A stretch of 61,969 nucleotides of DNA, counting the filler, from Candidatus Woesearchaeota archaeon (GTDB lineage: Archaea > Nanobdellota > Nanobdellia > Woesearchaeales > BM511): the NCBI GenBank assembly GCA_023266675.1. It is 5 parts of 5 records of this genome, joined end to end, with 100 filler letters (N's around TTAATTAATTAA, not from the genome) between each part and the next. Parts side by side here need not be neighbours in the genome. Positions count along the whole stretch, not along the records: positions 25,554 to 53,982 come from JAHFPP010000008.1; positions 54,083 to 61,969 come from JAHFPP010000061.1; 3 more parts are not named here. One strand, written 5' to 3'. Under the pieces are notes generated by a model, which saw nothing but the letters and a program-made list of their open reading frames with translations, ran no database searches and was not told the DNA's origin. Numbering within the stretch: position 1 is the first letter of the stretch; the number at the start of each line of letters is the position of its first letter. This document shows positions 48,722 to 59,127 of this stretch, piece by piece. The translations under genes and the position numbers were made by a program.

Positions 48722-49564
48722 TTAGATTGTATTTAGCACAGGTGTTTCACTGTGTAGATACCCAAGACCCAAAGAAGCTGCATGCTTTAGCATAGAGAGA
48801 TATTCAGTTGAAGGCTTATATCTGCCAAGTGTGTCAAACATATAATCATGGAGTTTTAATTCTGCGCCAAATGCGATGTCAAATTCTTGTGCCAATTGGA
48901 GAATATTTTTTCTTGTGTCGTACACAACTCCCATTATTCTTTCTTCAGGTGACCTGCCGTCTTTTGGCTGCATATATCCAAGTGTCAAAAGATTTGTAAG
49001 CCTGTCTGCCGACCTTAGTCCATATATCTTTTTTTGAGTGTCAAATTTTCCAAACTCTGTTCTAAATTCTGTTACCTGCTTTTGGATAGCTTCTTTTTTA
49101 AGCTTAGAGTTGGTTATATTAGAAGGTGGCGTCATCGCAATGACATATGGCAGCGAAGCGCCAAGATTCTGAGAATACATCTCTTCAATTATCTGCTCCT
49201 TCATATCCTGATTATTCTCAATTACATCATGAAGTATTGCAGCCGCTCGTGTAGCAAGGTCCATGCCAAGCTCCTTAAGTATTACTCCAGTTTGTATTGG
49301 GTGCACAAGGTATGTGTCCCCGCTGTCACGCACACTAAACTCACCAGTTGAATGGTAATTATGCGAGAGCCTTAATGCTTGACCTAACAAAACAATCTCA
49401 TTAAGATTATGCGTCTTTGAAACATAAGGAAGTATGCTGCTGATTAGTTCATTTGGATGAGAGATATACCTATTTGTTAATATTCGAACATCATCAAGTT
49501 TTTCTTCAAGGTTACTTCTAAGAAAAGTCTGCCTGTCAAGTTCAAAATAATCTAACCCCCTCAT
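48722..49564 (-). CDS. HD-domain protein, RelA/SpoT-hydrolase (Mesh1)-like
   Basis: H...RDSGDTYLVHP, AAILHDVIEN, ADRLTNL. Confidence 0.8.
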   Translation of the reverse strand: MRGLDYFELDRQTFLRSNLEEKLDDVRILTNRYISHPNELISSILPYVSKTHNLNEIVLLGQALRLSHNYHSTGEFSVRDSGDTYLVHPIQTGVILKELGMDLATRAAAILHDVIENNQDMKEQIIEEMYSQNLGASLPYVIAMTPPSNITNSKLKKEAIQKQVTEFRTEFGKFDTQKKIYGLRSADRLTNLLTLGYMQPKDGRSPEERIMGVVYDTRKNILQLAQEFDIAFGAELKLHDYMFDTLGRYKPSTEYLSMLKHAASLGLGYLHSETPVLNTI

Positions 49565-49945
49565 ACAAGTTATATGCTACAATCATTTAAAAACATTGAG
49601 GTTTTAGTTAAATAACATCCTTAATAGTTAGATTATGACTAATAATAATATAAAACGATTTATCTCATTTGTTATTATAACATTTTATAATAGTTGTTAG
49701 GAAAATAGCTGCCAGCAATTATCAAAAAACGGCTTTGGACGGCCATAATTTTTTAATTGCTAGCACAAAGGGAGGCATTTTTTTGGATGAAAACAGTAAT
49801 AAAGTTATATTAAATCATCATGTTGTATTTCCATAAGTAATCATTGCAAGTGACAAAAACATCAACATACCATTAATCCATAATATTAATCTTACATTCT
49901 TCATTTTTACCACCCCTTAAAGTTAGTATAATTAATTAAAAAAAA

Positions 49946-50095
49946 TTATAAAACAAGCAACTCGTGATTTATGTCGTCAATCAGTTCATTGACATCTGGG
50001 ACTACATGTGATTTTTCCCATCGTTTAATTCTTAACTCTTTTTTGAATAATTCTTCTATACTATGCTCCTGTTCTTCGCTTAGTATTTGTATCAT
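49946..50095 (-). CDS. Small hypothetical protein (49 aa)
   Basis: MIQILSEEQ... with GGGGAG SD. Confidence 0.5.
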   Translation of the reverse strand: MIQILSEEQEHSIEELFKKELRIKRWEKSHVVPDVNELIDDINHELLVL

Positions 50096-50143
50096 TTTGT
50101 CTCCCCAATTCTTTCGCCAATTCAACAACAATGAAATTGTTGA

Positions 50144-50211
50144 GCGCCAAAAACTTTGTTTTTGAGCGGGAAGCGAGTGAGGGTTGCAAAAAAAACAATT
50201 TTTGAACCCTC
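50144..50211. repeat. Tandem hairpin element similar to the anticodon intron of the tRNA at 32 kb
   Basis: GCGCCAAAAACTTTGTTTTTGAGC vs intron GTGTCAAAAACTTATTTTTGAGC; followed by a GAGGGTT..AACCCTC hairpin. Confidence 0.6.
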
Positions 50212-50337
50212 TGAATAAATTTATAATTTTTCTTGTAAGCAGTAGAATGAATTATTTTCCTTATATACTATATGAAGGAGAATTCTGAAAGATGCTTTCA
50301 TAAGATTTATAAATCAAAATTATGAATAAGTCATAAT

Positions 50338-50476
50338 ATCATGAAAATTCGTGAAAGTGCACACCCATGACCTAAAGGTTATGGTATGCTGTGCACTTTC
50401 TTAAAAAAGCGAATTTTCAGGATACAGAGACGAGCTCATATCTATAAGCTAAAGCATTTAGTATTGAGCTCGTCTA
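50338..50476. mobile_element. Structured palindromic element, IS200/IS605-end-like
   Basis: Nested stems GAAAATTCG/CGAATTTTC, GAAAGTGCACA/TGTGCACTTTC, CCATGACC-TAAA-GGTTATGG; second stem AGACGAGCTCA/TGAGCTCGTCT. Confidence 0.5.
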
Positions 50477-50529
50477 TTGTATAATTTTTAAAAGATTTAA
50501 AAAAATAAATTTTGTAGATAATAAATTAA

Positions 50530-51132
50530 TTAATCTGCCTTGAATCTTCCTTCAAAAACAAGTTCGCTAAGTGGTTTTCTTGATGATGGGATCTCTCTTT
50601 GCTGAAGCTTTTCTGGAAGAGACTCTTTTGTTCCTTTTTTGCCAACTGCAATCATGCACTCTACATTCCAGACGTCTGTTAGTTTAAGAAATTTATGCGC
50701 TTTTGCATAATCAAATCCTCCAAGGCAGTTTACTATCAGGTTTCGTGAAGTTCCCTCAATTGAAAGGTTTTGAAAAGCCGCTCCTGCCTCCATTGAATGT
50801 GATGACTGAGGACGGTTATCATTATAAGAATTTCTTCTTGATATCAGTATTATAAGCACGCTTGCATTTTTGCACCAGACTTTATTTCCATCCATTAAAA
50901 GATCGAAGAATTCATTGAAGTATTCAGTATCACGCTTTGCATATACGAATCTCCAAAGCTGGTTGTTCATCCCTGATGGCGCCCACCTTGCAGCCTCAAA
51001 AAGCGGCATAATTTCAGTGTCTGACAAACTCTCACCAGACATGGCCCTTGACGTCCATCTATTGAGTATAATCGGATTTATGTCGTGCTCTGTTTTCCTG
51101 TGTTTTTTTATTTCTTCATATATTCCTTTCAT
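50530..51132 (-). CDS. Nitroreductase family protein
   Basis: RWTSRAM, EAARWAPSGMNNQLW, GGFD. Confidence 0.93.
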   Translation of the reverse strand: MKGIYEEIKKHRKTEHDINPIILNRWTSRAMSGESLSDTEIMPLFEAARWAPSGMNNQLWRFVYAKRDTEYFNEFFDLLMDGNKVWCKNASVLIILISRRNSYNDNRPQSSHSMEAGAAFQNLSIEGTSRNLIVNCLGGFDYAKAHKFLKLTDVWNVECMIAVGKKGTKESLPEKLQQREIPSSRKPLSELVFEGRFKAD

Positions 51133-51257
51133 TTTTAACTGGAGTTAAATTAAGGTATTTATATTTAAGCTTTATTTTGATTAATTTTTTAAATATTTTA
51201 AAAAAGGAAAAATTAAAAAAAATAATAAAGAAAAACAGAAGAAAATTAAGAATAAAT

Positions 51258-51497
51258 TTATCTCTCCAAGTCTTTTCTTATTTCATCAAATTCCTTCTTT
51301 TTTATTTCTCCTTTTGCATATCTTTCCTTAAGTATATGCATTGGTGTTTTGTCAATTCCAGAGTTATTGAAATTTGCGCCTGAATGTTTTACAAGCCAGA
51401 TTATAAACCAAATTACTGCTCCCCAGAATATTGCCATCCAAAATATTCCAAAGAAACCCATCCCATAACCACCATATCCATCATAGTATCCCATCAT
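51258..51497 (-). CDS. SHOCT-domain membrane protein
   Basis: Gly/Met-rich N-terminus, TM, ILKERYAKGEIKKKEF. Confidence 0.9.
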   Translation of the reverse strand: MMGYYDGYGGYGMGFFGIFWMAIFWGAVIWFIIWLVKHSGANFNNSGIDKTPMHILKERYAKGEIKKKEFDEIRKDLER

Positions 51498-51515
51498 GTT
51501 TATTCACCTCATAAC

Positions 51516-51986
51516 TTAACTCACAACAAGCGTTCCATAACCCATGTTCATGCTGCATTGAAACCTGTAGATTCCTGGCTTGTCTGGAGTAAACGTTATT
51601 TTGTCGCTTGGCGAAGTTGATATTTTAAAAAATTTAAGTTCAGGAATCCTAAATGCCCGAAAACATCCGCTAACACTATCATCCAATGTTATCTCAACAG
51701 GCGTCCCAGCTTTCACATTTATCGTGCTAGGCGCATAATTGCTTCCAAAGCTCAAAGTCACTTTTTGCACATTGCTGTCTGATGACCCGTTGATTTGTGT
51801 GCTATTGCTTTTCATCACAAAAAACAAAACAAGCAAAATTAAAAGCAAGGCTGCAACTCCAATGTAAATCATCTTCTTTGATGATTTATTAGTTTTATTG
51901 CCATGATGCTTTGAGCTGTTATGCATGTTTAAAGCGTCGTGATTTTTGAAATCCTTATTACATAGTTCACATTTCAGTTTATTCAT
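51516..51986 (-). CDS. Cupredoxin-domain protein with N-terminal C2H2 finger
   Basis: CELC...HNSSKH, TM, GC...FQCSMNM. Confidence 0.85.
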   Translation of the reverse strand: MNKLKCELCNKDFKNHDALNMHNSSKHHGNKTNKSSKKMIYIGVAALLLILLVLFFVMKSNSTQINGSSDSNVQKVTLSFGSNYAPSTINVKAGTPVEITLDDSVSGCFRAFRIPELKFFKISTSPSDKITFTPDKPGIYRFQCSMNMGYGTLVVS

Positions 51987-51994
51987 TGTGCACC

Positions 51995-53980
51995 TTATAA
52001 TTTCATTCTTCTTAAGAGAAGTGAGTTTGTTACAACGCTAACACTTGACAATGCCATTGCGCCGCCAGCAATTATCGGCGACAAAAGCCATCCTGTTGAA
52101 GTATACAATATCCCCGCTGCTATTGGTATTCCTGCAACATTGTACGCTAAAGCCCAAAACATGTTCTGTTTTATTTTTCCCATAGTCATCTTTGAAAGCT
52201 TGATTGCTTTGGCAACGTCGCGTAAATCGTTTCTCATTAAAACAACGTTTCCGGATTCCATTGCAACGTCAGTACCACTACCCATTGCTATTCCTATGTC
52301 TGCCTGTGCAAGCGCTGGTGCATCATTTATTCCGTCTCCAACCATTGCGACTTTTCCATGCCGCTGCAATTCCTTGACATGATGAGCTTTGTCCTGCGGC
52401 AATACTTCTGAAAAGATGTTGTCAATTCCAACCTGCTTTGCTATAGCTGTTGCCGTTCGCTTATTGTCGCCGGTTATCATATATGTTTTTATTCCAAGAT
52501 TTTTTAGGTTCTCAACTGCTTCTCGTGAAGTATCTTTTATAACGTCAGCTACAGCTATTATCCCTAATGCGTGTGTTTCGTCAGCTAAAGTCATCACTGT
52601 CTTTCCGTCAGTCTCAAGTTCTTCTATTTTGTTGGTGAATTTGTGATAATCCACTGCGTGCTTTTCCATGAGTTTTATGTTTCCAAAATAATATGTCTTG
52701 CCGTTTAATTTTGCAGTCACGCCGTATCCTGGGACAGCTTCAAATGTTTCAGTATCTTTAATGCTAATTTGTTTTTCCTTGACATAATTCACTATCGCTT
52801 CAGCAAGCGGGTGCTCTGAGTTTTTTTCTATGCTTGCAGCGATGTGCAAAAAGTCTTCTCCTTGTATGTGTGAATCAGCCAGGACATTTGTAACTTTTGG
52901 GCGTCCAATTGTCAGTGTTCCTGTTTTGTCAAAAACAACATATTTTAATTTGTGCGCTGCTTCAAGCGAGTCGCCTCCTTTGATTAGTATTCCCTGTGTT
53001 GCGCCTTTTCCTGTTCCAACCATTATTGCAGTTGGCGTTGCAAGGCCAAGCGCGCATGGGCACGCAATTACAAGCACTGAAACAATAATTAAAATTGCAA
53101 ATGACAGCGTCTGCCCAAACATGAAATACCATAATCCTCCTGATATTAGTGCGATAGCTATCACAATTGGTACAAAGTAGCTTGAAACTGTGTCAGCAAA
53201 TCTTTGTATCGGAGCTTTTTTCCCTTGCGCTTCCTCAATAAGTTTTATTATATGCGCAAGTGTTGAATTTTCTCCGATTTTTGTTGCCTTGACTTTGAGT
53301 AACCCGTGCTTATTTATTGTTGCGCCTATTACATCGTCGCCAGCTTTCTTTTCAACTGGAATGCTTTCGCCAGTAATCATTGATTCGTCAACTGATGAGT
53401 GCCCGCTTACAATTACTCCGTCAACAGGTATCTTTTCGCCTGGTTTTACAATAATTATGTCATCAAGCGTTACGTCATCAATTTTTATGTGAAATTCTAT
53501 GCCATCACGAAGCACTGTCGCTGTTTTTGGCGAGAGTCCCATGAGTTTTTTTATAGCGTCGCCAGTCTTGCCTTTTGCTACTGCTTCCAAATATTTTCCA
53601 AGAAGAACTAGTGTTATTAAAACAGCTGATGTTTCAAAATACTGTCCTGCCATTGGATTGAAAAGCAAGTTGTAAACGCTAAGAACATACGCTGCAGTTG
53701 TTCCAAGAGCAATTAGTGTATCCATGTTTGCGCTTTTGTTTTTTATCGCGTCAAATGTGCCTTTGTAAAAAGAGTATCCTGCTATGAACTGCACTGGTGT
53801 TGCAAGAAGCCAAAGTATGTAGTCAATGTGCAAAAATTGCAGACCAAATAATTCCATCCCCATCCCAATTACTAATGCCGGGAACGCAAAGAGAGTTGAA
53901 AACAGGAAAATATTTCTTATGTTTTCTATTTCCTTTTTTTTGTCAGATTCTTTTTTTTCAACGCTTTCATGCTTGAATTC
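51995..53980 (-). CDS. copA: Cu+-type P1B ATPase, 5' truncated
   Basis: [27 protein letters not shown] and MALSS motifs. Confidence 0.95.
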   Translation of the reverse strand, partial: EFKHESVEKKESDKKKEIENIRNIFLFSTLFAFPALVIGMGMELFGLQFLHIDYILWLLATPVQFIAGYSFYKGTFDAIKNKSANMDTLIALGTTAAYVLSVYNLLFNPMAGQYFETSAVLITLVLLGKYLEAVAKGKTGDAIKKLMGLSPKTATVLRDGIEFHIKIDDVTLDDIIIVKPGEKIPVDGVIVSGHSSVDESMITGESIPVEKKAGDDVIGATINKHGLLKVKATKIGENSTLAHIIKLIEEAQGKKAPIQRFADTVSSYFVPIVIAIALISGGLWYFMFGQTLSFAILIIVSVLVIACPCALGLATPTAIMVGTGKGATQGILIKGGDSLEAAHKLKYVVFDKTGTLTIGRPKVTNVLADSHIQGEDFLHIAASIEKNSEHPLAEAIVNYVKEKQISIKDTETFEAVPGYGVTAKLNGKTYYFGNIKLMEKHAVDYHKFTNKIEELETDGKTVMTLADETHALGIIAVADVIKDTSREAVENLKNLGIKTYMITGDNKRTATAIAKQVGIDNIFSEVLPQDKAHHVKELQRHGKVAMVGDGINDAPALAQADIGIAMGSGTDVAMESGNVVLMRNDLRDVAKAIKLSKMTMGKIKQNMFWALAYNVAGIPIAAGILYTSTGWLLSPIIAGGAMALSSVSVVTNSLLLRRMKL

Positions 53981-53982
53981 TT

Positions 53983-54082
53983 NNNNNNNNNNNNNNNNNN
54001 NNNNNNNNNNNNNNNNNNNNNNNNNNTTAATTAATTAANNNNNNNNNNNNNNNNNNNNNNNNNNNNNNNNNNNNNNNNNNNN
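53983..54082. other. Artificial contig linker
   Basis: N44-TTAATTAATTAA-N44. Confidence 0.98.
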
Positions 54083-54218
54083 TGGAATCATTATCACTGT
54101 TCCAGTTTTTAGCTCCACCAAGTGTTCCTTCACCCTTATCTCCAGATGGAACATCGTCACCCAATCCTCCACCAATAACAGCTCCGAGAGCAATTCCTCC
54201 CCATAAAAAATCTGACAT
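54083..54218 (-). CDS. Gly-rich hypothetical protein fragment
   Basis: MSDFLWGGIALGAVIGGG..., SD AGGTGA; truncated at the linker. Confidence 0.45.
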
Positions 54219-54338
54219 TTTTTCACCTAGTAATTTTAATCTTTTTAATTATTAATCAAACAAATATTGAAGAATTTATAAATCTTTCTTTTTTTAACTA
54301 CTATAAAGGCATAACTTAAAAAAGATGAGATGTTAAAT

Positions 54339-55445
54339 CTAACTTAATTCTAATTCAATAATCGCTTCTGCGTGATTTGTCTGCGGAAAAAGGTCAAAAA
54401 GCGCGGCGCTTTTTATTCTGTATCTTTTAAATTTCACAAGTTCTTTTGCAAGCTGGTTTATGTTGCATGAAACGTAGATTATCACCTGCGGTTTTATCCT
54501 GTTTAACTCTTCGATTGTTTTATTGTGCATCCCTGAGCGCGGAGGGTCATTAATCACAAACAGCGGCGTTTTTAGTGTTAATCTCTTGATTTTTTCAGCA
54601 TCAAGCATAATTGCTTTGGCGTTTTTTACGTTGTTTTCCTTTATGTTTATTTCTGCAGAGTCTATGCATCCTTTAAAGCTTTCAACTATTGTAATCTCTT
54701 TAAACAATTCCGCGTTTATTATACCAAATGTTCCAACTCCTGCATATAAGTCAAGAAGATAAGCGTTTTTAGTCTCATAACTTTTTAACAGTTCACTACA
54801 GTACATTTGCATTTTTTCCGCCATTACAGTATTGTTCTGAAAGAATCCCTGTGCAGAATATGAAAACTTCTTGCCAATCAGAGTTTCAGTCAGATTATCA
54901 TTTCCTTTAACCAAAAAAAACTCTGATGATATGCTTTCATCGGTATTGCATGGTACATAAGTCACAATTATATTATTTGCAGAAGTTATCTTTGAAAACT
55001 CAGTTATCTTCTCAATTGCATCACTTAGTCTTGTAGAGTCTTCATTTAACACAAATGATATTGATGAATCTTCACTTGGAGTTCTAATGACAGCAAACCT
55101 GAATGTTCCACTTTTTCTTTTCAAGTCAAAATAATCTGTGTTTTTGAAGAATTTTCTAACCTCAGAAATCAAAATATTTAATTTTTCATCGGCTATAACA
55201 CATTTTTCTATGTCAACAACCTGCGCATAGTTGTTTTTCTGCCTAAATCCGATTCCGTGTTTTGTGAAAATTAAATCCATCCTGTTTCTATAGAAGTATT
55301 CCTTATCAGAAAAAACTTTTACGTCTTCAAAATCTATTGATTTTTGCAAAAATCTTTTTTTGTTTTCAACCTGCTGATTATAATCCACATTCTGAAGACT
55401 GCATCCTCCGCATTTTCCAAAATACTCGCATAGTGGCGTTGCCAT
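54339..55445 (-). CDS. RlmD/TrmA family uracil-5 RNA methyltransferase with 4Fe-4S motif
   Basis: CEYFGKCGGC, YRNRM, FFQNN, DLYAGVG, DPPRSG, YVSCN, DLFPQTNHAE. Confidence 0.95.
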   Translation of the reverse strand: MATPLCEYFGKCGGCSLQNVDYNQQVENKKRFLQKSIDFEDVKVFSDKEYFYRNRMDLIFTKHGIGFRQKNNYAQVVDIEKCVIADEKLNILISEVRKFFKNTDYFDLKRKSGTFRFAVIRTPSEDSSISFVLNEDSTRLSDAIEKITEFSKITSANNIIVTYVPCNTDESISSEFFLVKGNDNLTETLIGKKFSYSAQGFFQNNTVMAEKMQMYCSELLKSYETKNAYLLDLYAGVGTFGIINAELFKEITIVESFKGCIDSAEINIKENNVKNAKAIMLDAEKIKRLTLKTPLFVINDPPRSGMHNKTIEELNRIKPQVIIYVSCNINQLAKELVKFKRYRIKSAALFDLFPQTNHAEAIIELELS

Positions 55446-55553
55446 AATAAAAGAATTAAGTTTTATTTCATAAGATTAACGGTTATGTCAATCTGGCTAA
55501 TAGTTTAACTACTGTATAGTAATATTTATATATTCTTTATTTTACCTTAGTTT

Positions 55554-56030
55554 ATGACTTTAGACTTACTGGTTATCAATCCTGTTTATGTTGAAAATCT
55601 TGGGATGTTTTTAAGAGAAGCACAGCTTTCAGGCGCAAACAGAGTATACGTTCAAGACAAATTTAATTTGCTTGATAAAGAGAATAAACAACGGCTTATC
55701 AACTGGTCTGGCAGGGTGTCTTATCATAATCCTCCGGTTATTGTCAATGATGCAAAATCTTTTTTAAAACAAAACACGAAAGGGTATAGAAGAATAGCAA
55801 CTGTTGTAAATCCTGACTCTCAAAAACTAACAGATTTTAAATATTCAGTTAACGATTTATTAATTTTTGGAGATGAACGAAACGGCTTAGACAAAGAACT
55901 TGTCTCTCTTTGCGATGAACAAGTTTACATTCCACAATTTCAACCGGTAGAGGAGAATAGAAGAATCCAATGCAGAACTTTAGTCTCAGCTCAGGCAATG
56001 TTTCTTTATGAATATATGAGACAAAATTAA
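55554..56030 (+). CDS. SpoU/TrmH (TrmL-like) RNA methyltransferase, divergent
   Basis: P...ENLG..LR, LIFGDERNGL, VYIPQ; usual SLN motif replaced by CRT. Confidence 0.8.
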   Translation: MTLDLLVINPVYVENLGMFLREAQLSGANRVYVQDKFNLLDKENKQRLINWSGRVSYHNPPVIVNDAKSFLKQNTKGYRRIATVVNPDSQKLTDFKYSVNDLLIFGDERNGLDKELVSLCDEQVYIPQFQPVEENRRIQCRTLVSAQAMFLYEYMRQN

Positions 56031-56042
56031 AAAAGGTATAAT

Positions 56043-57218
56043 ATGAAGAAAAAATTTAATTCAGTCATCCATAGAAAACCAACACTTAAACCTAGAACGT
56101 ATTCTTTGCCAAAAAGTTATGTTAAAGCTTACAAATCAGAAGGTGTTGTTAATCATAATGAGCAGATGATGCTTTTTCATGTCACTCAGTTTGGAGGTTT
56201 TAAAGTTAAAGAAATCTCAAAAAGGATGCGTGTTCGTGATGAGTTTTTAGAAACATGGTTTAAAGAAGGATACGATTCTGGTTATCGTGAGTTTAAAGCA
56301 AATTCTAATTATTTTCAAACTTTTGGAAATATTGTATTAGAACCCCTTGAAAGAAAATGGGGTCTGATGGCCGTTAATGACGAGGAAATGATAAAGAATG
56401 GTTTTACAAATGAAGAAATTGAAGACTCAATAACTTTTCTAAACAATTTAAATGATTTTTATTCTTCTTTACGATTAAAAATCGACATACCCACTTCAGG
56501 GATAAGTGCTGAAGACAGAATTCTTCTTTCAAGATTTCATGGGATACCCTTCTTAAGAAAAAGACCAAAAGCAGGGGGACGTTTTTTTCATCCAGGTTCT
56601 TCATACCAGAATATAAGCGAGGTACTTAGGCAAACTATGACTATCGAGGGTAAAGAAACTTCTGAAATTGATTTAAATGCTGCAATCATCCAATTTTTAG
56701 ATCTTGCGTTAAAAAGAAACGAACTTAACTCAATTGAAGACATATTATTATCATTTAATGATCATTATGAGTATTTTATGTCTACACTTAACTCAGATAA
56801 TTTTTTGTATCAACATGAAGATAAACCAATTGGACGAGATCAATTAAAAGAATTAATTTATACTATTCTTTGTAGTCCTATTGAAAAACAAGAACATTAT
56901 ACAAATGGAAAATTAATTCGTGCAGGACATAATTATACTTACTCAACACTTGTTTCAGTTTTTCCAGATTTTTTTAACTCAATATCAATGTTAAGTGAGA
57001 AAACAGGTCTGCCCTTGTATGGAGCGCTTTATAAGGAAGAGAGTGTGTTTGCACAAAAAGTGTTAGAAAAAGGTTGTTTAGAAGAAAGATTACCAATACT
57101 ACCACTACATGATTCTTTTATCACCACAACTACTAACTCAGCAAGATTAAAAGAGATTATGGATGAGGTTTCTGAAAAGTTATATGGAAGAACACTTTCA
57201 TATAAACATAAATATTAA
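56043..57218 (+). CDS. Minimal family-A polymerase-like protein (TV-Pol-like)
   Basis: GGRFF..YQNI...LR, motif A-like EIDLNAA, motif B-like RDQLKELIY, motif C-like LPLHDSF. Confidence 0.6.
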   Translation: MKKKFNSVIHRKPTLKPRTYSLPKSYVKAYKSEGVVNHNEQMMLFHVTQFGGFKVKEISKRMRVRDEFLETWFKEGYDSGYREFKANSNYFQTFGNIVLEPLERKWGLMAVNDEEMIKNGFTNEEIEDSITFLNNLNDFYSSLRLKIDIPTSGISAEDRILLSRFHGIPFLRKRPKAGGRFFHPGSSYQNISEVLRQTMTIEGKETSEIDLNAAIIQFLDLALKRNELNSIEDILLSFNDHYEYFMSTLNSDNFLYQHEDKPIGRDQLKELIYTILCSPIEKQEHYTNGKLIRAGHNYTYSTLVSVFPDFFNSISMLSEKTGLPLYGALYKEESVFAQKVLEKGCLEERLPILPLHDSFITTTTNSARLKEIMDEVSEKLYGRTLSYKHKY

Positions 57219-57264
57219 TCTATTAATAGGGATAATTAGAAAATAAAATAAAAAAATAAAATAT

Positions 57265-57858
57265 TCAGTCTTTTACCCATTCGATTCGCTTCTCAACTTC
57301 TTTCCAGTCTATCGCGCTGAAGAATGAGGTGATATAGTCTGCTTTTTTGAGTCCGTACTCAACCATGTATGCGTGTTCAAACACATCCAAAACAAGTATA
57401 GGAACGCATCCTGATAAATGTCCAACGTCATGCTCATTTACCCATATGTTAAATATTTTCTTGGCTGAGATATCATAATAGGTTATTACCCATCCTATTC
57501 CTCTCATTGCGCCTGATGATTTAAAGTCTTTTTCAAAATTTTCAACGCTTCCAAAATCGTCAATCATCTTTTTATGAACTTTTTTTGCATGCTCAACACT
57601 TATTGGATCTTTTGTGAGATTTGAAAAGTAAAGCTCATGAAGTCTCATTCCATTAAACTCCCATCCAAAACGTCTTTTCAGTTCAGCGTATTCAGGTTCG
57701 CCGGTCTTCCCTTCCTTAATCATTGCATTCATTTTATCTACAAGTTTGTTGGTGTTTGCAACATAACCTGAGTACAATGTGAAATGATTTTTCAATAAAA
57801 TATCGCTAAATCCTTTAAGTCCCAAAAGACCATCATAATTTTTTACTTCGTATGCCAT
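57265..57858 (-). CDS. sod: Fe/Mn superoxide dismutase
   Basis: HFTLYSGYV, LHELYF, GIGW, DVFEHAY. Confidence 0.93.
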   Translation of the reverse strand: MAYEVKNYDGLLGLKGFSDILLKNHFTLYSGYVANTNKLVDKMNAMIKEGKTGEPEYAELKRRFGWEFNGMRLHELYFSNLTKDPISVEHAKKVHKKMIDDFGSVENFEKDFKSSGAMRGIGWVITYYDISAKKIFNIWVNEHDVGHLSGCVPILVLDVFEHAYMVEYGLKKADYITSFFSAIDWKEVEKRIEWVKD

Positions 57859-57959
57859 TTTCTCAATCCTCACATATATTGTTTTATTTATTAAAATGAT
57901 ATGTCGATTTTATTTTTAAACATATTGTTTAATATTGCTTACCCTATTTCACATATTAA

Positions 57960-59078
57960 CTAATTATTACTTTCTTCTGCTCTCTCTATTCTTCTACACG
58001 AGATAATATTTCTTTCTTTATCAACTTCAAACTTAATGTTCAAGAATTTTTCAGTTACATAAATATTAGATAACGTGTGGTCTGTTATTTTTCCTGTTTT
58101 TATGCTTCCTCCGTTTATTCCTAAAAATGGAATAATATTGTCTGCCAAATGCGAATCAACTGCAGCTCCGCTGTTTATTTCATTAAGTAACTTTTTTGCT
58201 GCTTCTTCGCCAACAGCTTCTGATCTCTTGTTTTTCTCACCAAGCGAATCTGCGCCAATTATTATTGGTTCATATGGCGACATCTCATCCGTATCAGAAA
58301 AACATGCGTATAATGTAACTCCGCTCCCAACTGATTCAGTATTTGAATAATTAGGTCTAATAATTATTGGTACGTTTAGGTGATTTAATGCCTGTTTTGC
58401 AGCTCTCTCCTGCCGTTCTGCAACTTTTGCATCAACTAGGTCATTTGACGCGTGACTTGTGCCTTTTATGAATAATAAATTTTTCTGTGATACAATGTTA
58501 AATTGGAGTTTTTTCTCAATTGCAGTTTTTTGAAAACCTTCCAACTCCCCTCCATTAGAAATAACATGTTTTGGCTTCACAAATAACTCTATTTTTCCCT
58601 GTCCTTTTGGATAGTATCCTCTTTTTTCAAGTTTAATTTTTATATCAGCGAATCTTTGAAGCGAAGGTAACACCACATTTGAAAAATAATCTATTTGCGG
58701 ACTCCAAGACACATCTGTTCCTCCAATAATTGTAATCCTTGAAATCTTTTTTCCAAAAATTAAGGGAAGCAATATTGTCTGAAGAATTAGTGTTACGGGT
58801 CCTGCTGTTTCAACATTCACTTCGCATCTGAATTTAGTGATTGGTCGTGGAACAAATAATAACTCTCCGCTACCAATTCTTGCGCCGTCAGCAATGCTGT
58901 CTGACAGTTCAAGTAAAATTTTTATTCCTGCAAGATGCGAGGCTTTAAGTCCCGGCGTTGGTCTGTTTTTTCTTATATTTTCAATCTTAAAAGGTTTTTG
59001 TGTCAGCATAGATAAAGCTAGTGCGGTTCTTAGTATCTGTCCACCGCCCTCTCCGTGCGAGCCGTCAAGTGTTATCAT
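57960..59078 (-). CDS. rtcA: RNA 3'-terminal phosphate cyclase
   Basis: [40 protein letters not shown]. Confidence 0.96.
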   Translation of the reverse strand: MITLDGSHGEGGGQILRTALALSMLTQKPFKIENIRKNRPTPGLKASHLAGIKILLELSDSIADGARIGSGELLFVPRPITKFRCEVNVETAGPVTLILQTILLPLIFGKKISRITIIGGTDVSWSPQIDYFSNVVLPSLQRFADIKIKLEKRGYYPKGQGKIELFVKPKHVISNGGELEGFQKTAIEKKLQFNIVSQKNLLFIKGTSHASNDLVDAKVAERQERAAKQALNHLNVPIIIRPNYSNTESVGSGVTLYACFSDTDEMSPYEPIIIGADSLGEKNKRSEAVGEEAAKKLLNEINSGAAVDSHLADNIIPFLGINGGSIKTGKITDHTLSNIYVTEKFLNIKFEVDKERNIISCRRIERAEESNN

Positions 59079-59127
59079 AGAAACATGATAAAATCCAATA
59101 TTTATAAGCGTTGTTGGTATATTTGTT

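Noticed and set aside
49720..49905. Possible broken membrane-protein gene on the minus strand
   Set aside because: Only 28 codons before tandem stops and no recognisable homology, so it cannot be supported.
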